From positions 510,305 through 574,304 of the forward strand of contig CAVYGQ010000001.1 of the NCBI GenBank assembly GCA_963768175.1: a DNA stretch of 64,000 nucleotides, written 5' to 3'. The translations under genes and the position numbers were made by a program. This DNA is from Candidatus Doudnabacteria bacterium (GTDB lineage Bacteria > Patescibacteriota > Doudnabacteria > UBA920). Positions within the stretch are counted from its first letter, which is position 1; each line of letters begins with the position of its first letter. Positions 57,325 through 64,000 of this stretch are shown here, one piece after another. The notes beneath the pieces were generated by a model. That model saw only the letters and a list, made by a program, of their open reading frames with translations, searched no databases and was not told the origin of the DNA.

Positions 57325-57859
57325 GGTTTTGGTATTTAGATAAAATGATATTAATTTAATGATTTATACCCCGAAAAAATTTTTAAATAACTTCTAACGG
57401 GGTTCATTGTTCGTGGGTCAATTAAGCTATACGATAACTTTACATAATACCGGGTGATTTTTCAAGCAAACATAAAATTTTCAAAAGGGAATCTTTGACC
57501 ATTACATCCTAAAACGCACCAAAACCGCCGTAAATATCGTATTAATAGTCAGACGGAAGGCCGTGCCCCGGCCGAATTTTCAATGTCCTAAAAAGGGTGT
57601 ATAATTATAAAGGATAAATAGATAATTATTAACATTTGAAACAAACAACATTTATTCACCCTGTTAGAAGCTTTAACCATTAAATTGGGGCTTTTAGAAC
57701 AGGGGGTTAAAGTTAAAAAAAATAACACAAAAATATGAACCCCGTTAGACATTTAACTCAAAATAATATTTTTGTAAAATTAAGCATCATTAAAATTATG
57801 AAAAATCTAAAAACAAAAATCATATCTAACGGGGTGAATGCTTCTAACAGGGTAAAAAA
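57301..57859. repeat. Array of at least 6 copies (both orientations) of a roughly 16-bp motif TCTAACGGGGTGAAT / ATTCACCCCGTTAGA between and overlapping the divergent starts of the ligase-like gene and the giant surface-protein gene
   Basis: Copies at 57301 (ATTCACCCCGTTAGAAG), 57391 (CTTCTAACGGGGTTCA), 57651 (ATTCACCCTGTTAGAAG), 57736 (TGAACCCCGTTAGA), 57824 (ATCTAACGGGGTGAATG) and 57841 (CTTCTAACAGGGTA), plus a degenerate copy at 57692. The motif matches the terminal inverted repeat of the typA insertion at 6359. Confidence 0.55.
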
Positions 57860-60513
57860 TAGTTTAACAATCAAGCTTACGGCTGCGGTCTTTGCTTTGT
57901 CCGTATTTGGGGCGGCAGGCACGGCTTTAGCTGCCACGCCGATTTTACAGGTAACCCAAAGCGGCAACAGCTATGTGCTTACGGTCAATAATGCCGATGC
58001 CAATGCCACGGTGAGCCTATACGAAAAACAGAGCGCTTCGCTATGGTCGGTAATCAGCAGTTGGGGCCAAACAAGCAGCAGCGGTAGCTTTAGTGCCACG
58101 CAGCCTTTGGCGTTTGACGGCAGCGGTAACGCCCTGCAATTGTATGTAATGGTCGACGGCCTGCAATCCTCTATAGTCAATGTTTATTCCAGCGGCACCT
58201 GTACCACCAACTGCGGCACCGGCACGCTTAGCCTAAGCCAGATGCTGGTAAATTTAAGCACCAACCAGACCAATGTTGTTACGGCCTACCCGACCAGCGG
58301 CAACATTTACGTTTCCGGCAACAGCAACGCCAATGCCGTAAATTACTCCTTAAACGGCAACCAAATCACCGTAACGGGTGTGGCCACGGGCAGCAGCATT
58401 ATTACCGTCTGCTCAAATGGCGGCAGCCAGTGCGGCACCATAACGGTTTCGGTTAACGGCGCGACTACCACCGGCATCACTTTTGACAACAGCAGCCCCA
58501 CCATTACGCTCGGCCAAAGCCTGAACGTCAATATTTACAGCAGCACGGGCAGCAGCAACGGCTTTTACGTTTCCAGCAACAGCAATGCCAACTCCGTAAA
58601 CGTCACGCAAAGCGGCAGCACGCTGACGATTTACGGCCAGCAGGTCGGCACGGCCAGTATTTCCGTCTGCCAGACCGGCACGTCGTTTTGCGGTACGCTG
58701 TCAGTGACTGTGGGCAGCAACGGCGGCCAAGCCGGCATGACCATAAGCACCAACACGCTCACTTTGCGCCCGGCCAGAGCGGCACGGCCACCGTGTCCAA
58801 TACCTACGGCTCCCTCTACATTTTCAATAACTCCAACAGCAGCGTAATAAGCGCCGGCATCAGCGGCCAGACCGTGACTGTTTACGCGATAGTCGCAGGC
58901 TCAAGCACGTTGAGCATCTGCCAAAACGGCTATAGCGGCTGCGTCAGCCTGTACGTGCAGGTCAGCGGCAGCAACAACTCCATTAGCGGCAGTTTGTCGT
59001 TCGGCACGGCCAATCCGGTTTTAACTATCGGCCAAAGCCAGAGCGATACCATTTATCCCCCAAACGGCAACTCAAACGGCTTTTACATTTCCAGTAACAG
59101 CAACAGTAACGCGGTCAGTACCACAATCAGCGGTTCAACTTTAACGATGTTCGGCCAGAACACCGGTACGGCAACTATTAAAGTTTGCAGCAACGATAAT
59201 TCTTACTGCGGCAATGTTTACGCCACGGTCAACGGCTATAGCGGCGGCGTGACATTCAGCCAGAGCACGGTTAATTTGAATCTCAACCAAAACTCCAGCA
59301 TTACCGTATCCGGCGGCACCGGAAGCTATGTGCTAACCAGCAATACCGGCCCGAACGTGGTTGCGGCCTCATTGACCGGCAGCACGCTGTATTTGAACGC
59401 TTTAAATAACGGCAGCGCCACCATTACGGTTTGCCAAAGCGGCAACACTTCGGCCTGCGGCCAGGTTATTGTAACTGTCGGCGGTTCAAGCAACGGCAAC
59501 AACATTATTACCTTCAGCAACAGCAGCCCGGCCGTGGCAGTCGGCCAAAGCCAGACCGTAACCGTCTACACCACCAACGGCTGGACCGGAAATTATTCCG
59601 TAACAAGCAACAGCAATTCAAACGCGGCAACCGTCAGCGTAACAGGCACTTCAATTAACATTACCGGCATACAAAACGGCAGTACTATTATCACCGTTTG
59701 CCAAACCGGCAGTTCGGTTTGCGGCACCCTGACCGCCACAATCGGTACCGGCGCTACCTCCAGCCCGGTTACTTTTGCCACCACCGGCCTGCCAGCCGGA
59801 ACTGTGGGTTTAAGCTACGGCTACCAGCTTCAGGCCCAGGGCGGCGCGGGAAGTTACACTTATTTCCTACCTTCGGGAAGTTTGCCGGCCGGGATTACGC
59901 TTTCCACTGGCGGGTTAATCCAAGGCATCCCCACTGCCACCGGTACCACCAGTTTTACCCTACAGGTTACCGACAGCGGCGGCACCAGCCAAAACTTGAA
60001 TTTCAGCATTACCGTAAACCCCGCTTCTCCGTCTGCCACAACTCCACAAGCTGCAGGCAATGGCACTTATACAAACGGCCAACTGATTAACGAAAACGGC
60101 ACCATATCAATCGTATACAAAAACACCAAAACCCCCTTTGCCAATGCCGCGGCATTTTTGGGTCTGGGTTTTAAGTTCAGCGATGTGTGGCGGTCAGCAA
60201 TTCCGGCTTGCCGCTTTCCAATAAAATAGTAGTGACGGCCGACGGCGGCCACCCGCGCGGCAGCTGGCTGTTAGTCGGTTCTACGGTTTACTTCCTAACC
60301 CCGAACGGAATGATTCCGATACCAAGCTGGGCAATATTCCTCAGTAACGGCGGCCAAGCAGGTTTTCTGGTCAAGGCCAACAGTTACGACCTTAATTTCC
60401 CCAAACTTCCACTAATGGTAGACAATGATGCAAGGTTGAAAATAATGCTAAAAAGTGACCCCACCTCGACAGAGAGGACACCCGAAACCGCGGATCGAAA
60501 TCCCACCCTTTAA
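57798..60513 (+). CDS. Giant secreted Cys-containing tandem-repeat surface protein. It has a signal peptide, about 8 tandem repeats of roughly 85 aa each with two Cys, a putative Ig (He_PIG-like) domain, and a C-terminal F-x-S-A-x-A-F-x-G-L-G-F module. It is interrupted by at least 2 frameshifts (near 58.75 kb and 60.19 kb).
   Basis: ORFs 57735-58847, 58688-60229 and 60187-60513 are consecutive pieces of one repetitive protein. The signal peptide is MKNLKTKIISNGVN...AVFALSVFGAAGTALA. Confidence 0.55.
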
Positions 60514-60844
60514 ACAAGCGGTTTTTTTATAGGGCTATTAAGTCTCCTAATAAGCCTGTTTTTGGGCGTAACTGTTTACCTGCTTGCCACGCCACACTGG
60601 AAATATTTGATATTGTCGTTTGCAAGGACATGCAAGTCAGTACCTTTGGTCATAACACATAAAAGGTAAGGGTGCGTTAGGTGATAAATAACGCCGCAAT
60701 TGGACAAGGAAATTACCGGCCGTTCGGATTTGAGATATCCACGTTTCGCCGAATTTTTGGGCCACCACGGTCCCTTTGGCAGCGCCTGCCACCAAACCTT
60801 GGCTCTATTCGGCTTGGGACATTATTTTCAAAGCCTTTTCCGAA

Positions 60845-61552
60845 TTACTCCCGGCTTAAATAGGTGGCGTTATAAAGTACCCGCAAGAGCAAAGAATATT
60901 GCTTTGCGGAAATAGCATAATTATTGTCGTTGTCCGGGTTAGGCAAGCCCAAGTCGGTATAAATCTCATTAAAACATTGCTGATTGATATTGTTCAAAAC
61001 ACATTTTTTGCCCCGTTGTCGGAAGAGATTATCATGGCTTCTATTAATTGTTCCACGGTATAACTCTTGCCGACTTGCAAATTTGAAGGGTTTCAAAAGG
61101 TACGCCGTTAATTTGATCCGCGGTGCTGGTGGAATATACCAAAGTTTTTTGCAAAACCGACGGATAGTTTCCGCTTCCTTATAAAATAAGTAATCATAAC
61201 GGCGACCTTCATCATGCTGGCCGGGGCGTAAGCGGTATTTTCGTTAATGCCCACCCAGCGGCCCAAAGTCAAATCGCGGAAATAAAAAGAAAAACCCTGC
61301 AATTGGGAATTATTCTTTCGGCTTACGGCGTTTTGTACTTCATTTATTAAGCAGGTATTCGTCAAATTCCTTAACATTGCCCGGAAGGTCATAGCCCAGC
61401 AAGGGATTAATATACTGTATAAGCATTGTCGTTTTGGCGCGAAGGCTTAACCTGGTCGGCGATATTTTTAATGACGCCATTGTATAAAAATGCCAACAGA
61501 CGGAAGCCACCAATATTCCGGCGATAAAAGCCAGAACGCAATAAACCACCAA
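60845..61552 (-). pseudogene. Possible class A beta-lactamase-like or penicillin-binding-type serine hydrolase split into 3 frames (SxxK-like APASMMKV)
   Basis: Three consecutive short minus-strand ORFs. The N-terminal one has a TM helix; the middle one has a GINENTAYAPASMMKVAVMI motif. Weak assignment. Confidence 0.3.
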
Positions 61553-61664
61553 ACACGGCGATTTTGGAAAAATTTGGTTTTATTTTCGGAATCTTGTTGC
61601 ATTGTAAATTTACAGATTCAATCTATAATTCCCAATTATAGCACACGCCTATGCAATACTGAAA

Positions 61665-61738
61665 GGTGAGCAAAGATTCCCTCAATTGCTCACCTAAATC
61701 AAAACCCCGCTCTGCCTTATGGCGGGGCGGGGTTTTTA
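61665..61738. terminator. Two consecutive hairpins: AGGTGAGCAA...TTGCTCACCT (61665-61696) and AAAACCCCGC...GCGGGGTTTTT (61702-61738). Likely a bidirectional terminator downstream of the minus-strand giant gene.
   Basis: Perfect 10-bp and 8-bp stems with flanking A-tracts and T-tracts. Confidence 0.55.
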
Positions 61739-61789
61739 TTTAGTTTCTTCAATTTCTTCTTATTTCTCAATTTCTACTTCTACGGGCTA

Positions 61790-64000
61790 AGCTGTCCGGT
61801 TACGCGGACAGACATAACGCCGGATTGCTGGAGAATATTTATCCGCGGCATTGGCCGGGACAACATCGGCAAGTTTATAGCCCCAGGTACCAAGCACATC
61901 CATGGAAGGGATACCCATTAAGCTAGCCGGGCCAACCAGTTGGACTGTGCCGTTGTTATTTACCAAAACGCCTGGGCGATGCGCGCTTGCGGCATCGCTG
62001 ATGTTGGAGTTCGTGGCCTAAAACGAGACATCGCCGGTAGTTGTGTGTTTAAAGCTAAAACCCAAACCGGTAAACACGGCGGCCGAAGTAAAGGCCGCCC
62101 TTTTGCCGCCGGTAATAAGATAGCAAGTGCCTTTTACGGCGTAGGAGTTGTCGGTCTGAGCAGACAATTTTGCCGTCCATGGGAGGAATAAACGCGCTAT
62201 CCTGACGTTAAAAGCCTCATCGGCCGCGTTAGCAGGCACTACCTGGCTAAACGACAAATAACCGTAAGACAAAACGCTCCGCCGGAAGTAAAGGCCCTGC
62301 GCGTCCCGTCCGGCATGACAAACCACACCGTGCCGTCCGAAGTCAAAACCGCCGACCCCGGGGCGTGCGCCCCTGCCGTGCCGGGCGCTTGAAGGCCGCC
62401 TCCATTTGAAGGAGGATTCAACAACCGTAGCCGATCCGACCGCAACAGTTACCGTTTGGGTAACCGTGCCGCCGCTGCCGGTAACAGTTAAAATATAAGT
62501 GGTAGTGACCGCAGGAGTCACGGTTTTTGTGCCGGAAACAGCCACAGTCCCAATCCCTTGGTTAATACTAACAGCCGTAGCGTTAGTGGTCGTCCAAGTC
62601 AAAATGGCCGACTGTCCGGTGGTAATAGTAGTATAGTTGGTGCTAAAAAGGCTGTAGGAGCCGGGCAGTATAAGACCCACCGCCGCCTCCACCTCCGCCG
62701 CCTCCGTAATAAGCCAAAGGACCAATACTGGCAGAAGTGGCGCTATCGTGCCCGTTGGCGGTAAATTTCAAAGTAAACGTTTCGTTTGGTTGAGAATAAG
62801 TTAAGGTGCTAAAGGTAGCCAACCCGGCTCCCCCGGCGGTATTTGCCGTGGCATTAGTTAAGGGCCGTTTTCTGAAACTACGCTCGCGGTAACAGTCACC
62901 CCATCGGCCACATTATTACCCTGCTGATCGACGACTTGGACAACCGGTTGGGTGGAAATCGGATAAATCGTATAAGTTCCGCTTCCTGCAGGCTGTGGGG
63001 TTATAGTTAGAGCATAAGCCGCACCGGGATTTAAAGCCAAAACCGAAGTTGTGGCGCTGTTGTAACCGTTAGACTGGAATTTTACGACAAACTGGCTTCG
63101 CCGTGATTTTTAAAATACTCCCAAGAAAGGTGGAAAAAGTAGCTAAACCGGATACCGTGGTTGTGGAAGTATTCCGCAAAACGCCGGTGCCCGATGTGGT
63201 AGTGGCGGTCACGCTAGTACCATCAGTCACATTATTGCCATAAACATCCTGGACTAAAATTACCGGCTGGGTTTGCAAAGCCGTATCTCAACTGTGCCGT
63301 TGGTGTTGGCAGTGCGGGCGTGTTTAAGGTTAAAACGCCGTTCCTGCTCGGATTGACAGTTATGCCGCTCTGACTGCCGGTCTTGGGGGAATCGGTCACG
63401 GTTACGCTCTGCGTGCCCGACTTTATCAGAACCAAGCCATTAGTAAAGGCATGGGTCCCCGCTGTCGCCGCCGATGAAAGTATAGGCGGAAGGCAAAGTG
63501 GCTGACGCGTCACTGGAAGAAAATGTGATAGTCCCCAAATAATCGGTCTTGATGTTATTATTGTGTCATAACCAATAACCACAGGCGTGGTGGTGCCGGC
63601 GGCAGTCGGGCTGGCAATGCCGGTTACGGTAAAGTGGTCAATTGCTCCGGGATTAACAGTTACCACGTTGGATGCCGGAGTTGGAGTCAGTGAGCCTGAA
63701 GACCCGATAATGGTAGTAGTGCCGGTTACGGTGCGGGTAACATTATTAAACGTCGCCAAACCGGAAACGGCATTAGTACCGGTGCCATTAATTACAAGAC
63801 CGGTATTCGGCGTAACCGTAACCGCATCTGTATCGGTGAGGTCTGGTTGCCGAACTGGTCGGTAATTTGAATGGTAAATAAGTCCAGGTTGTCCGGGCTG
63901 GCCGTAGCGGTAGTAGGCCGGTTGCTGTTATTGCCCTCATACCAACTTATTTTTTGTCCCCACGACCGTGGCCAATGTGCCAAAAATTAGTCGAGCCGTC
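61790..64000 (-). CDS. C-terminal part of another giant surface protein with Ig-like (Big-type) repeats and a C-terminal F-x-S-A-x-A-F module. It is fragmented into at least 6 ORFs by frameshifts and continues past the window end.
   Basis: ORFs 62018-62725, 62239-62445, 62858-63040, 63069-63278, 63232-63759 and 63792-63983 all contain (Q)PVVQVVDQQGNNVADGVTVTA-type repeats. Hand translation of 61790-62017 gives a further in-family C-terminal segment VLVNNNGTVQLVGPASLMGIPSMDVLGTWGYKLADVVPANAADKY. Confidence 0.5.

Noticed and set aside
57301-57859. CRISPR array?
   Set aside because: The repeats are about 16 bp, occur in both orientations, are irregularly spaced (20-250 bp) and overlap start codons. 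No cas genes are present in the window.
1-64000. Alternative genetic code (for example UGA recoding)
   Set aside because: Standard-code translation yields dozens of full-length, motif-complete ORFs ending in TAA, TAG and TGA. There are no systematic in-frame TGA codons inside conserved domains.

Overview
This 64-kb window reads as a compact, mostly single-strand (minus) bacterial chromosome segment with roughly 45-50% GC; I cannot assign a lineage from the sequence alone. All coordinates come from reading the sequence by eye; no searches were run, so product names are family-level calls from recognisable motifs. Frameshifts sit preferentially in homopolymer-rich or repetitive ORFs, so they may be assembly errors rather than real decay. 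Content in order: (1) the N-terminal part of a large secreted repeat protein (<1-1788, minus). (2) Pentose-phosphate genes zwf and gnd plus an AI-2E transporter. (3) typA/bipA carrying two in-frame palindromic insertions. (4) A low-GC islet (8.2-10.6 kb) with a putative HEPN-motif protein, two small winged-helix proteins, and a hicBA toxin-antitoxin pair whose antitoxin is frameshifted. (5) holA, tRNA-Lys(CTT), tRNA-Arg(TCG) and a degenerate tRNA-like remnant. (6) A type IV pilus operon (pilB, pilC, pilM, pilN, pilO and a small membrane protein). (7) A surface-glycan locus of about 35 kb (18.7-55 kb). It starts with a WbaP-like priming transferase and holds many GT2 and GT-B glycosyltransferases, FkbM and TylF-like methyltransferases, an acyltransferase-3, a Wzx flippase and an O-antigen-ligase/TPR protein. 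It also holds two parallel nucleotide-heptose pathways: two GmhA, two GHMP heptose kinases, two GmhB (one fused to HddC), plus Gfo/Idh/MocA, SDR and epimerase modifiers. A CDP-glucose branch (rfbF plus dehydratase/epimerases), a DegT aminotransferase broken by frameshifts, and a transaldolase are also present. (8) Two further giant Cys-repeat surface proteins (57.8-60.5 kb plus strand; 61.8->64 kb minus strand) that share a C-terminal module. The most unusual signal is a short palindromic repeat family with core ATTCACCCCGTTAGA. One copy forms a perfect inverted pair making a 54-bp in-frame insertion in the typA GTPase domain, similar in layout to Rickettsia palindromic elements (RPE-like), and at least six copies cluster at the divergent 5' ends of the ligase gene and a giant surface-protein gene, overlapping both start codons.
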